A stretch of 64,000 bases of DNA from a virus, in the IMG/VR virus record IMGVR_UViG_3300017527_000643, positions 29,972 to 93,971 of that record; one strand, 5' to 3'. A program made the translations under genes and the position numbers. Under the pieces are notes generated by a model. The model had not been told where the DNA came from. It made no database searches and worked only from the letters and a program-made list of their open reading frames with translations. Below, piece after piece: positions 1 to 10,166 of this stretch; the first letter of the stretch is position 1, and every line of letters begins with the position of its first letter.

Positions 1-1926
1 ATGAGTATTGGGTTAGGAACTATTGTTACTTTACTATTAAAAGCCGCCAACAACATGCGTATGCTTAGCGGAATGACACGCCAAGCTTCTGCGCATTTTG
101 AAGGAGGGCAGAAACAAATCGGTTCAGCTAGGGCAGCGGTAATGCAACTTCGTCGTGGGTTTGCTGCAACTTATGAAGAAGCTGGTGGGGTTGTAAGTTC
201 TTTGGCTCAGATGGGAATGAGTGCAAAAGAGATAGAAGGAACGCATTTCAAGAAAAAAACATGGATTGAAGGCCCCGTGGCGATGACGGAAGAACTGAAG
301 AGATTGTCGAAGAGTGAATATAACGCATTTAAGGATGTTGGTCGATTACAACGAGATTTATCTGATAACCAAACTACTATGACAGATGAAGAATTTGAAC
401 ATAAAAAAGGACTAATGAAAGAACGCATGTGGGATCAGGAATACTCAAGCCAACGACAAATGAGAATTATTAAAGACCAAAAGGAAGCAAGCATAGCAGC
501 ACACGAGGCTTCGGAAAAGACGAGAAGAAGAGAATATAAGACTACATACGGTGCTGCACAAGAATTATACGCCATTGAAAAAGCATTTGGAGTAAAAGTG
601 CAGCAGAGCGGTATGTTTGTTAAGCAGATGGAGCAGGATTATGGAAAAGCAAATGATGAAGCAAGGAAGATGTTAGGGGCTGCGATAGCAACAGCCACCC
701 AAATAGACAATATTGGTGTAGATGAGCTTCTGTCAGATTGGCAGAAAATGATTAATTCAGCACAGACGTACAAAACAGACGTAAATGGTATCCTTGCTTT
801 GTACAATACTATGATGAGAAAAGAAGCACAGATGGGATTGAAGGGTGTTCCAGTTGGCGTGCGTAAAGATATCGCAGCAACAGTGACTTCCTGGAAAGCC
901 TCTATGGATCTAGGTATGAAGGCACGATTAGGAAAGGGTGCTACGCCAGCAGAGCGTGCGCTTGAATTTGAAAATATAGATTATGGAGAACAACTATCGC
1001 GTGCCATGAACTTCCTGCGTGAAATTGTTCCTGAAGGTATTGAAGGCGGCACAGCAGCAGAAAAATCAAGAGCTAAGATAAAAGTTCGTAAAATGGCAGA
1101 GAAGATGGAATTTCCCCCAGATGTACAGAAGCACCTTGCTGATGCTGTTGTGGAAGGAAAAATAACTTCTGAAGAAACAAAAAAGATGAATGCGCAATAT
1201 GAGGCAGAAAGAGACGCAGTAGCAAAAAATGAAAAGATATGGAATGAGCAGCGGGGGAAGTTGATTGAACACGCAGGAAAAACTGCTACAAAGTTATTAA
1301 CAATTCAACAATTGCTAGAAAGAAAAGCAGCAGATTTTGCTGCTAACTATTTACAACCTATAGTGAACTGGTTATCTGAGATATGGGGCGCAGTTTCTAA
1401 ACTTTGGGAAGACCCCGAGCAGAAGCTAGAGAGAAAAGCTATGGAGGAATTGACAAAAACTATGTCCCCTGCACAGGCTAGTTATTACCTGACAGATGTA
1501 ATGAAAAAACATGGAGGAAAAGGTGGGGCACTAGAACCAAAGGAATTTGCAGGAGCTACCGGTTTTGATTTGATACATTCTTACGCTCAGCAGCAAGGGG
1601 AAGGTACTTTGGGGACTGGTATGGCTACGATTGGCGGATTGGCTAAGTGGGTGACCGGTAGCGCGGAAGAAGAAAGAGAAAAATACAGAGTAGCAGCAAC
1701 ATATGCTTCGGCTACTCGGCGTTCTAAAGAGCTAGCAGCAGACCCTGATTGGGGTCCAAAGTATGCGTCAGCACGAAAACAAAGTGGAAAAGCGGCTGCA
1801 AAGGTTTTTAATGATTATCTAGATCACATAAGCGGAAAAAAGACACCAAGCGCCGAAATGCGTATACCGGGTGGTGACGGTGAAAATCTTGCTGGAGAAA
1901 GAACACCGGTTGGATCTAAACTTTAA
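1..1926 (+). CDS. Tail tape measure protein (C-terminal part, probably 5'-truncated by window edge)
   Basis: Long helical Ala/Lys/Glu/Met-rich ORF open from base 1, directly upstream of hub and baseplate genes. Confidence 0.7.
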   Translation: MSIGLGTIVTLLLKAANNMRMLSGMTRQASAHFEGGQKQIGSARAAVMQLRRGFAATYEEAGGVVSSLAQMGMSAKEIEGTHFKKKTWIEGPVAMTEELKRLSKSEYNAFKDVGRLQRDLSDNQTTMTDEEFEHKKGLMKERMWDQEYSSQRQMRIIKDQKEASIAAHEASEKTRRREYKTTYGAAQELYAIEKAFGVKVQQSGMFVKQMEQDYGKANDEARKMLGAAIATATQIDNIGVDELLSDWQKMINSAQTYKTDVNGILALYNTMMRKEAQMGLKGVPVGVRKDIAATVTSWKASMDLGMKARLGKGATPAERALEFENIDYGEQLSRAMNFLREIVPEGIEGGTAAEKSRAKIKVRKMAEKMEFPPDVQKHLADAVVEGKITSEETKKMNAQYEAERDAVAKNEKIWNEQRGKLIEHAGKTATKLLTIQQLLERKAADFAANYLQPIVNWLSEIWGAVSKLWEDPEQKLERKAMEELTKTMSPAQASYYLTDVMKKHGGKGGALEPKEFAGATGFDLIHSYAQQQGEGTLGTGMATIGGLAKWVTGSAEEEREKYRVAATYASATRRSKELAADPDWGPKYASARKQSGKAAAKVFNDYLDHISGKKTPSAEMRIPGGDGENLAGERTPVGSKL

Positions 1927-1940
1927 CGTAGGTAAATCCC

Positions 1941-2714
1941 ATGGGAAAAAATAGTGCACTAGAGATTTCAAAGAAATTTGTAGACTTTCTGACGCCTGAT
2001 GCGCAGGCCGAAAAACTCATATTTAGAAGATACCCCGGCGAAATTCTCCAAGCTGCTGCAGCGTATGGAGAACCCATTAATGAAAAGCAGATCGACAAAA
2101 TCATATTGAAGATCAATCCTCGAAACATAGGTTTTACAAAAGCCAAAGTTATCCAAAAAGTACAGACAAGTGCACCTGACCGTTTTATTGTGTTTGATTG
2201 GGGTCATGAACTTACGGTAATAAATATAGAGGGCGTTACTGGAAATTTGCTTCCTGACTCACTTACAAAAGGCGTCTTAGACCCTGTTGCTGATGCTACT
2301 ATGGAATCGCTAGCATGGTCGCCTAACACGCAACAAAATCTTCGAGGGAATGAAGGCTGGAAAAGTTTCCAAAATGTTAGTTCCCAGATGAACTCTATAT
2401 TTAATGATGTTACTTTGGGCACAATGACATACAGTGAGTTACTAGAATTATCTCCGAAATATAAAACGTTCAAGAAACTAGAAAAGATATATGACGATGC
2501 AGACGCAGATGATGATATCATTACTTTAGAATTGGGAAATGATATCTACAGAGGGTTTTTTGAGCAATTCAATTTTTCAATTTCGGCTGAATCTCCATGG
2601 AGTTGGACTTACAGTCTTGTTTTTGTAATACTTTCTAATCTTTCAGAAAAAGTTAAGAAGCTAGATCCTGCGCATACAGATAAAGATAATACTAACAAAT
2701 TTACAAACAGTTAG
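1941..2714 (+). CDS. Putative tail tube initiator / baseplate-associated protein
   Basis: Position after the tape measure; LKINP...VQT...FDWG...INIEG and YRGFFEQFNFSISAESPWSWTYSLVF pattern typical of myophage tube-initiator proteins. Confidence 0.55.
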   Translation: MGKNSALEISKKFVDFLTPDAQAEKLIFRRYPGEILQAAAAYGEPINEKQIDKIILKINPRNIGFTKAKVIQKVQTSAPDRFIVFDWGHELTVINIEGVTGNLLPDSLTKGVLDPVADATMESLAWSPNTQQNLRGNEGWKSFQNVSSQMNSIFNDVTLGTMTYSELLELSPKYKTFKKLEKIYDDADADDDIITLELGNDIYRGFFEQFNFSISAESPWSWTYSLVFVILSNLSEKVKKLDPAHTDKDNTNKFTNS

Positions 2715-2721
2715 AGATAAG

Positions 2722-4869
2722 ATGCCAATAAAAATCGATACAAATGATCTTATAGCTAAGGCACTTGTCCAGGAATTATATTCCAAACCGGATAAAGAAG
2801 ATCAGGTGCTGGCGACTAACGCGTTGGACAAAAGCGAAATTGTAAAATTTATGGAAGCGTATCCGCTAAAATCATCCCACGTAGACAATAATTTATTAGC
2901 TGTGGTACCACAAGATGTGTATCATCCAGAAATTACAATAGCTATTGATTTTACGCATCAATTTGTACAAAGTACAAAAGCTATTAAAGGGAAGCGCCCA
3001 TTAGACCCTCGGTTTTTTGCAAAATTTGCGGATAAGCTATTTGTATTTACAAAAAGATACTTTGATTATGTGATGTCTGTTGGAGATCGTGTAGATTTTG
3101 TAGCTGATATTACTAAAGATTATGAGTTTTCTTCGCACAATGAAGAGGACATGAACCTTTTTGTGAATCGTATCATTAACTATTTCCTAACGAACGTAAG
3201 TGTAAGTAAAGCACGTAAAGAGATAGGGAACGCATCTCTTACATTCAAGGATATAAAAAATCCACTAAAAGATGGTAAAGGCAACTACAGAATATTTTTT
3301 GATGGAGCATTTAGGATATTCAATCAATTATTAGCGCCTATGCTTCCAATTGTTATTTGGGGAAGGGGTCGTTTGTATAAGAACTGGTATTTTCCAATCT
3401 TTGATGGATTCATTGTTTCAACTTCCCCTACTGATTCTAATGGGTTTGTTGAGTACCAGATTTCTTGCAAGGACGTGCTTGAGTTAGCAAGAATAAGTGT
3501 GGAGATGATTAACCCTGCCATTCAGCAAGAAGCTGAAGATAAAAAAATAGATGCGATCAATCTTTTAAGTAAGCCGTTTTATGGGCATGACCACTTTACT
3601 ATAGTTGACCGCATGTTCAGAGGCGGTAAGCTAGTCTATGATCCTTCAGCACGCGCAAATCAAATTCAAGAAAAATTCAATGTAGATATAACCAGAAAGC
3701 CTACCCTTACAGATGCTCCCGCTATTCCTAAAGTACATGACCCAGAGCATGCCCCAATAGAAGAGGAAGGCTTACCATTAACTGCATTAGGTAGATTCGA
3801 TCCGGTTGATGGGGATGATTTTAAACTGAAGGAGGGTTTAGACGAAATTGGCGTGTATAAAGATCAGTTTACTGACAAATATAGATTAGATTATGTTTCT
3901 CATCAACGCGTGCGCAAACTCATTACATGGGGAGATAAAATGACTCCCTATAGAGTGTGGACGCTCCAATCCCCAGACTTATTTACATCTACCTTTGCTA
4001 CACGATTAGATGTAATAAATGAAGTTGCAGGCAAAGTTTATTATGATTTTTTTGTTGATGGATGCGGGAATGTTCATTATCATCCAATGCGGTTAACCAA
4101 TGACTTTCTAATGAACAATGCAACAACTTATGATCCATCATCTCCCAATAATAAAAAATTTGTTCCACGTTCATTTCCTCATTCCCAAGTAATTACTCCT
4201 GAAGAAACTTTTTCTGTGAATAGTGCATTAAATATTGAAGAATTGGTTACCTTTTTGCGCGTGACTGGTGTAGATGAAGTAATAGGCTCTACCGCTCCAG
4301 AACTTTTAACTTTATATGGAAGCGCTAGAGATAAACGAATGATATCCAAGTATGGATATCGTAGAAAAGAAATTAATAATACACTCTTCAATATCAATCA
4401 GAATATCGCTAAGAAGATAACATTTTTGGACGTAGCAGCTATGGTAATGATGCAGTTTGCTAACGCTGAGTTGTATACTCGTCAGCAGGTTATTGCTTTT
4501 CGACCAGAACTGGAACTGGCATCACCGGTAATTTTTAGTGAAGATAACAATGTATTTTATATAAATTCTATAGAGCATAATTTCGTGGTTGGTGGGGATG
4601 CTACGACCAACATCAATGGCAGTTTTGGAAGAAGAGATTTGGAATTGCCACCAGATTTGAATAGTTTACTAGTGGCAACACAAACCGTGTACGATCTTAA
4701 GGGATTCGAACCAGCAGAATTTTGGAGCAAACTAAAAATTGATGATTGGAAAAATTATTTAGATGCAACCCAAGATACTATTGAAGAACTAGAATTAATG
4801 GAATTTCTGGATAATACTTATGGATCTTCGGACGTAAGTGGGCCGGTTGATGACGATGAGTGGCTTTGA
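2722..4869 (+). CDS. Baseplate hub protein (gp27-like)
   Basis: IFDGFIVS...ISCKD, YDFFVDGCGNVHYHP, RPELELASP...FYINSIEHNF motifs; lies between tube initiator and spike. Confidence 0.65.
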   Translation: MPIKIDTNDLIAKALVQELYSKPDKEDQVLATNALDKSEIVKFMEAYPLKSSHVDNNLLAVVPQDVYHPEITIAIDFTHQFVQSTKAIKGKRPLDPRFFAKFADKLFVFTKRYFDYVMSVGDRVDFVADITKDYEFSSHNEEDMNLFVNRIINYFLTNVSVSKARKEIGNASLTFKDIKNPLKDGKGNYRIFFDGAFRIFNQLLAPMLPIVIWGRGRLYKNWYFPIFDGFIVSTSPTDSNGFVEYQISCKDVLELARISVEMINPAIQQEAEDKKIDAINLLSKPFYGHDHFTIVDRMFRGGKLVYDPSARANQIQEKFNVDITRKPTLTDAPAIPKVHDPEHAPIEEEGLPLTALGRFDPVDGDDFKLKEGLDEIGVYKDQFTDKYRLDYVSHQRVRKLITWGDKMTPYRVWTLQSPDLFTSTFATRLDVINEVAGKVYYDFFVDGCGNVHYHPMRLTNDFLMNNATTYDPSSPNNKKFVPRSFPHSQVITPEETFSVNSALNIEELVTFLRVTGVDEVIGSTAPELLTLYGSARDKRMISKYGYRRKEINNTLFNINQNIAKKITFLDVAAMVMMQFANAELYTRQQVIAFRPELELASPVIFSEDNNVFYINSIEHNFVVGGDATTNINGSFGRRDLELPPDLNSLLVATQTVYDLKGFEPAEFWSKLKIDDWKNYLDATQDTIEELELMEFLDNTYGSSDVSGPVDDDEWL

Positions 4870-4905
4870 TTAGTATTTTTGGTATTGTTTCTTTAGAGGA
4901 TTACC

Positions 4906-5988
4906 ATGGCATTAGACGCATTTTTATTCGAAGCACGCGTAACAGCGGTGTTTCCTGAAGAACGTGTGGTAAGTGCATCATGGCTTAAGTCTGGTGAACA
5001 TCAGATTTTTGATGCGCGTGTCATAATGAGTCATGGGAATTTTTCATTTCCTATGGTAGGCGATATCGTCCTAGTTATTGGTGGTCCTTCAAGTTACTAT
5101 TGCATAGGGAAAATAGATAATCAGTATAAAGTAAAGCTTGGGCTAGGCCAGGAAGATGAGGACGGTAATCCTGCTATAGTTAAGCTAGGTGATGGCACGG
5201 AAATTGGTGAAGATCTAAAAGCTAAAAAGGTACATGGAGGAGAAACTGTCCTTGGAAATTTAGCTAAAGGAATCTGGTTATCGCTTTCCAATTCGCGCAA
5301 TTTTTCCTTGATGGGTGGTGTAAACGAGGGGATCAAATATATTTACAATGCAGGAAAGACCACGATACGAACGCTACAAGTATTAAGTCAAACGATTGTA
5401 AATGATGCAAGCGGGCAAATTACCACATTGGGCGCTGTCATGCGCTTCTTTCCTGGTGTTGGTAACTTTATCGCTAAGAACCCACAAACGCAGCAAGGTG
5501 CAGTAGAAGCTACTACTACAATTTACGATACTGCTACTGCTCTTGCAAAAGCAACGTTCAAACTAGGTGATATTTTTATTGAACCGATTGCCTCTCAAGA
5601 TGCAGGGATACTTCAGCCCCATACGGAAGCAGGAGTCGCTGGTACAGCATCCTGGCTGAATGCCATATTAGCTGTAATGAACGCTGCGGGAATAGAAGTA
5701 GCTTCTATTAAAATGGACGCAGTTGGTAATTTAACAATAAACACTCCACTAGGCGGAAAAACAGTTATAAATTCGAGTACTACTACGCATATTATTAGCA
5801 CGGCGGGTACATGGATTGGCGGAACGACTGAAGGGCCTCCTGTAGACCCGATGGTGTTGGGGCAACAATTATATACTTGGCTTGCTGCGCATAAGCACCC
5901 CACGGGGACTGGCCCATCTGGGCCACCTACACCAGATGACCAAGCTACATTAGCTACAATCCTTAGTCTGAAAAACTTCGTAGACTAA
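4906..5988 (+). CDS. Baseplate central spike (gpV/gp5-like)
   Basis: N-terminal OB-fold-like ARVTAV...FPMVGDIVLV; C-terminal HKHPTGTGPSGPP (HxH metal-binding tip as in P2 gpV). Confidence 0.75.
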   Translation: MALDAFLFEARVTAVFPEERVVSASWLKSGEHQIFDARVIMSHGNFSFPMVGDIVLVIGGPSSYYCIGKIDNQYKVKLGLGQEDEDGNPAIVKLGDGTEIGEDLKAKKVHGGETVLGNLAKGIWLSLSNSRNFSLMGGVNEGIKYIYNAGKTTIRTLQVLSQTIVNDASGQITTLGAVMRFFPGVGNFIAKNPQTQQGAVEATTTIYDTATALAKATFKLGDIFIEPIASQDAGILQPHTEAGVAGTASWLNAILAVMNAAGIEVASIKMDAVGNLTINTPLGGKTVINSSTTTHIISTAGTWIGGTTEGPPVDPMVLGQQLYTWLAAHKHPTGTGPSGPPTPDDQATLATILSLKNFVD

Positions 5989-5989
5989 A

Positions 5990-6481
5990 ATGGCTCTTTT
6001 ACCCGCTACATTAGCTTCAGCATTGATTGCAAACATTGATAACTTCACGATGGAAGCACAGGCAACGGCTGCGTGGGCAGACTCTTTTGATACGTATTTT
6101 CAGACAGCGATGGCTGGTGCTGTTCCTATAATTCCTCCCCCGTTTACTGCTACAGCCGATGCACGGGATCAAATGGAAGACGCACTTACAGGAATGTCGG
6201 TGCAGGATATGGGGTCAACCAAAATCGTAGCTGGAATTACAGCATATTGGACACAACTAACTGCAGATGCAACGACTATTTTTTCTGCATGTACGGCTAT
6301 CGCAGCCCCCGGTGGTTTGGCTGCGCTTAAGGGTCTGTTGGATCTTGATTTTGCATCGAATACGACTGGTGTTGTAGCAAAAGAAGCGGCGTTAACTACA
6401 ATTGCAAATACGATCCATACTGCACAAAGCGGGGGAACTGCGACATTTCCAGCACCGGTTGGTGTGCAAACTATTGTTTAG
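5990..6481 (+). CDS. Putative baseplate/spike-associated protein
   Basis: Ala/Thr-rich ORF immediately after the spike gene. Confidence 0.45.
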   Translation: MALLPATLASALIANIDNFTMEAQATAAWADSFDTYFQTAMAGAVPIIPPPFTATADARDQMEDALTGMSVQDMGSTKIVAGITAYWTQLTADATTIFSACTAIAAPGGLAALKGLLDLDFASNTTGVVAKEAALTTIANTIHTAQSGGTATFPAPVGVQTIV

Positions 6482-7392
6482 CTAATTTCTAAACTATTCA
6501 ATAATTTCCAAACTTTAGCTTCAATTTCTTCGGTAAATTCATAAGGAAATCCTGCTGCACCAGGGTGCCCTCCCCCATCAAAATACTTAGCGATTGCTGC
6601 CACGTCAACTTCACCAGTCCTAGCGCGTAACGAGCACGAGTTTATAATGGGGTTGATGACACAAATATAATTCAGATCCTCAGAAGCTGGGTGGTCTAGG
6701 GCTGCGTGCCCTATTTCTGAAATGTAATCGGTAGCGAATATGATCTTGAATTTATTTCTGAATCCGTCTGCGTACAGCCGTGTTCTTTCTAGCTGTGTCC
6801 TAATTACTTGGGATACATAGCGTTTTTTGCGGGCAATCAAATACCCTATGATGGTCTTGAATGGTTCTTTAGTATCGGCGTCTAGGCTCTCCAGAAAAGC
6901 TTTTACAAATGCATCCTTACCAATAAAGCCTAACAGGGTGTTCATTTGCTCGGAACGTTCTCTATAGGGAGAATCTAGTTGCCACATATCCCAGGCAGTT
7001 ACCGTCTTTACAAAATCAAAATATGTTCCCTGTGTCTTGCCTTCATGAAGAGAAAACAGGATTTCGGTGGCTGATTTGGTTAAATCTACGGTTGCCCATT
7101 CATATTTTTTTACCCAGGCACGCGTTTTGTGATGATCCACTAAAATGACATCCAATCCATTTTTTGCTTCTTTATCAATCAGTAAGGCCGTTTCCTTGGT
7201 GGGGCAGATGTCGCAGATTAATAACCTATCACCGTTGCTGAACTCTTTGTTTTTTATATAATTTACTATTGCTTCATCTATGTTTTTGTAAGTATGATAG
7301 GAAGTAGAAGCAATTTCAAGCCCGGAGGCTTCAGCGACAATGCGAGAACCTACTGCGTCTAGATCATTATGGAGCTTGAGGTGGTCTGCCAT
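6478..7392 (-). CDS. DHH/DHHA1 family phosphoesterase (NrnB-like oligoribonuclease / cyclic dinucleotide phosphodiesterase-like)
   Basis: HNDLD, ICD, VDHH, SLR and GGGHPGAAG motifs; GGGAGG RBS on the minus strand. Confidence 0.85.
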   Translation of the reverse strand: MADHLKLHNDLDAVGSRIVAEASGLEIASTSYHTYKNIDEAIVNYIKNKEFSNGDRLLICDICPTKETALLIDKEAKNGLDVILVDHHKTRAWVKKYEWATVDLTKSATEILFSLHEGKTQGTYFDFVKTVTAWDMWQLDSPYRERSEQMNTLLGFIGKDAFVKAFLESLDADTKEPFKTIIGYLIARKKRYVSQVIRTQLERTRLYADGFRNKFKIIFATDYISEIGHAALDHPASEDLNYICVINPIINSCSLRARTGEVDVAAIAKYFDGGGHPGAAGFPYEFTEEIEAKVWKLLNSLEIS

Positions 7393-7509
7393 ATTAATTT
7401 ACCTCCCGTTTTATAACATAATACTTTAAATCCTAGAATTTCCAAGGAAATTTTTCAGAAGTTAACGTAGGCGGTTCATAGTTGGCTATAGTATACCAGA
7501 GGAATTTTT

Positions 7510-7983
7510 ATGGCAGAATCTAAACTAGAAGACAATGCTTGCCTGTGCGCTTGGGTATCCTTCATTGGGGATTTCCGGGCTACGCTGGAAGCTCTGATTG
7601 ACAGCAGTATTGCGATCTTTACTACGATCAAAGTTACGTTGGCTTTGGTTCCTACGAACCTCACTGACCAGTTGAAGAAGCTGCGTTATGAAGCTGAGCT
7701 AGCTGTGATAGAGCAGGTAATAGCAGTCATTGAAGCTCCTCTAGGCTACGTGGGGCGCTATGCGCGACCTTATGCTGATTGTGACCCTGTGTCGTCGCTT
7801 ATCGTAGCTAATAATAAAGTACGGGAATTTTTGACTGCAGACGTTGAAGAACGGCGATTTGAAGTGGAACAGTTTATTGCGGCACTAAACAGAGAAAGCC
7901 TAAAGATCGAAGAAATCGATCAGATAATTGATGTGCTCACAGAAATAAAATCTGCTATAGAAATCTGTGGTGGCGAGGAATAA
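7510..7983 (+). CDS. Hypothetical helical protein (tail operon)
   Basis: GAGG RBS; 157 aa ORF closely followed by the next gene. Confidence 0.6.
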   Translation: MAESKLEDNACLCAWVSFIGDFRATLEALIDSSIAIFTTIKVTLALVPTNLTDQLKKLRYEAELAVIEQVIAVIEAPLGYVGRYARPYADCDPVSSLIVANNKVREFLTADVEERRFEVEQFIAALNRESLKIEEIDQIIDVLTEIKSAIEICGGEE

Positions 7984-7985
7984 TT

Positions 7986-8741
7986 ATGAAACTTGACCCT
8001 ACCGTTCAATATGATTTGGGAGTTAATTTTAAACAAGAGATAACTGGATTTTCTCCAAAAGCTACCCTTACACTTACTCCGACAGGTGATCTTCAATTTA
8101 TTAATGGAAAAAGTAAACTTGTAACACAATTAATGCGGGCGCTTGTAAACGAAAAGGTAGGTTTACCACTAAATATTCCTGCGGACACATCTGGAAGACA
8201 ACTACAAACATTGATTTCCCTAATTTTGAGAAATTTCAAACGCATTCAAGTGGAAGAAACGGATCTTATAAACCCTAATTTTATTGGATACACAATATAT
8301 AGACGGGGTGGTCCTGTTGACTTTAGTGGAGATACCTCAGATACATTTGTTAAAATATCTAAAAGTGAAGTGACCCACAGATTTTCAGATCTAAACTTAG
8401 AAAATGGAAGTGTTTATGAATATGGTATATCAAAAACTTTTAGAAGAGGTGCAGTGTCGCCGCAGGTTGAGCAGATTAACGTTACTCCATCGCAGTTTTT
8501 GACTAACCAAAAAATTGTAATTGGAACTAACATAGTTGGAATTCCTGGTAATGAATCAGTGACTTTATATGTAAATACAAATAGGCTATATAAGAAATCT
8601 GAATTGTTAGAAACTATTGAAGAAATTAAAACTTATATAGATGAAACGGAACCAAGAAGAATGCTTGTTGATATAGAGATTCGTAATCTGCTCGATGAAT
8701 TTGTTAGTTTGGCTGTTGGAAGGCAGAATCAAATATCTTAA
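7986..8741 (+). CDS. Baseplate wedge gp25-like protein with inserted FN3-like domain
   Basis: TGDLQFINGKSKL N-half and EPRRMLVDIEI C-half; internal GYTIYR...FSDLNLENGSVYEYGI; precedes baseplate J. Confidence 0.6.
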   Translation: MKLDPTVQYDLGVNFKQEITGFSPKATLTLTPTGDLQFINGKSKLVTQLMRALVNEKVGLPLNIPADTSGRQLQTLISLILRNFKRIQVEETDLINPNFIGYTIYRRGGPVDFSGDTSDTFVKISKSEVTHRFSDLNLENGSVYEYGISKTFRRGAVSPQVEQINVTPSQFLTNQKIVIGTNIVGIPGNESVTLYVNTNRLYKKSELLETIEEIKTYIDETEPRRMLVDIEIRNLLDEFVSLAVGRQNQIS

Positions 8742-8750
8742 GAGGTAACC

Positions 8751-10166
8751 ATGGTACAATTCAAATCAAAAGAGACTGTCTTAGGCGAGCTTCAAACATT
8801 TTTGAAAGCCTATAATAGGCAGATTGATACTGGACAAAACAGTCTTACTAAAGATTTTGTACTGCTTCCACAAGCGGTTGGTGGCTCTTTAGTTTTTGAC
8901 CAGATTGAAACAGTCAATGATCAATTCATTTTGTCGCAACAAGACACTGCCGAACTAAATTTAGAAGGAACCAATTATAAATTAGAAAGGTCTGCTGGAA
9001 CATTTGCAATAGTTACTGCTACCTTTTACACGGAAACTATTCCTACCTCTGACATTTTTATTCCTGCAGGTACTCAAATACAAACAGTCGGTACATCATT
9101 TGTTTCTCCAGTGGTTTTTGAAACAGTAGCTGATTACTCCTTAGCAGTATCTGCCATTACCGACTTTTTTTCTTATGACCGCAACAGATATGAATTTCCC
9201 GTGCTATGTACAGCAGAAGAGACTGGATCGGATAGTAATGTTGGTACAGGCACCGTTATTACTATTTCAGGATCAATAACACAGATATCGGGAGTAACGA
9301 ATCTTGCAGCGAGCAGCGGCGGTTCTGATGCAGAATCAAATGAGGATTTTAGAGCTAGAATTCAGGCAACTAAAACAGGAAGAGATTTAAACACGGTCAA
9401 TGGGATTACTGCCTATGTAGAATCAGCAGGATTTATTGATGCGCATGCGGTACGCGTTGAAGATGCTGATTCTGAAAGAGCTACTGGAATCGATGTGTTT
9501 ATTATTGATACATACATAGCTGCAGATACCCAAACGTTTACTTATCAAACGAATACCCCCAGATATTATTTTGAAAATCCACCAGTAGTATCAGTTTCTT
9601 CTGTCTCATCGTCTATTTCGGGAGTTGTCAGTACTGCGGATTATGATGTGCGTTTAGATAATTCTACACCATTAAGACGGAGTGCGCTTGCACAAGATTA
9701 TATTGAAATTAGAGCTTCTGCATCATTAACACCTGGAACTACATTTGAAGTTACATATACATATAGAGCAGACATTGCACAGCTTCAAAGCACGTTTGAT
9801 GAGGATGATAATAATGTGCTTACTGCGGATGCGCTAGTGAAGCACGCATACCCGTTGTCGTTCATTATCAATGCCACGCTGACTTTGAAAACTAATGCAG
9901 ATGGCCCCGCGACTAGAAATAGAGTTAGAAATGCGTTGATTCAATTTTTGGCAACATACAGGTTGGGGCAAGATATTCAGAAGAGCGATATTATAATCGT
10001 ACTCCAAGAAGGATACGGCGATTTTGCGGTGGATTCTGTAGATGCAGTTATAATCAACGAGTACTATCTAGAAGACGAATTTGGAGTTTCATATCTTCCA
10101 GTGGACGAAACGATTGCAGTTTCTGACAAACAATATGTAATACCTGGGACTTTTACGATACTCTAA
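8751..10166 (+). CDS. Baseplate J/gp47-like wedge protein
   Basis: IPAGTQI, TGSDSNVGTG, VTNLAASSGGSDAESNEDFRARI signature. Confidence 0.9.
   Translation: MVQFKSKETVLGELQTFLKAYNRQIDTGQNSLTKDFVLLPQAVGGSLVFDQIETVNDQFILSQQDTAELNLEGTNYKLERSAGTFAIVTATFYTETIPTSDIFIPAGTQIQTVGTSFVSPVVFETVADYSLAVSAITDFFSYDRNRYEFPVLCTAEETGSDSNVGTGTVITISGSITQISGVTNLAASSGGSDAESNEDFRARIQATKTGRDLNTVNGITAYVESAGFIDAHAVRVEDADSERATGIDVFIIDTYIAADTQTFTYQTNTPRYYFENPPVVSVSSVSSSISGVVSTADYDVRLDNSTPLRRSALAQDYIEIRASASLTPGTTFEVTYTYRADIAQLQSTFDEDDNNVLTADALVKHAYPLSFIINATLTLKTNADGPATRNRVRNALIQFLATYRLGQDIQKSDIIIVLQEGYGDFAVDSVDAVIINEYYLEDEFGVSYLPVDETIAVSDKQYVIPGTFTIL

Noticed and set aside
1941-10166. Bacterial contractile injection system or type VI secretion locus
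   Set aside because: The context (ligase, dense one-strand small ORFs, phage-type promoters, no host housekeeping or membrane complex genes) indicates a phage genome.
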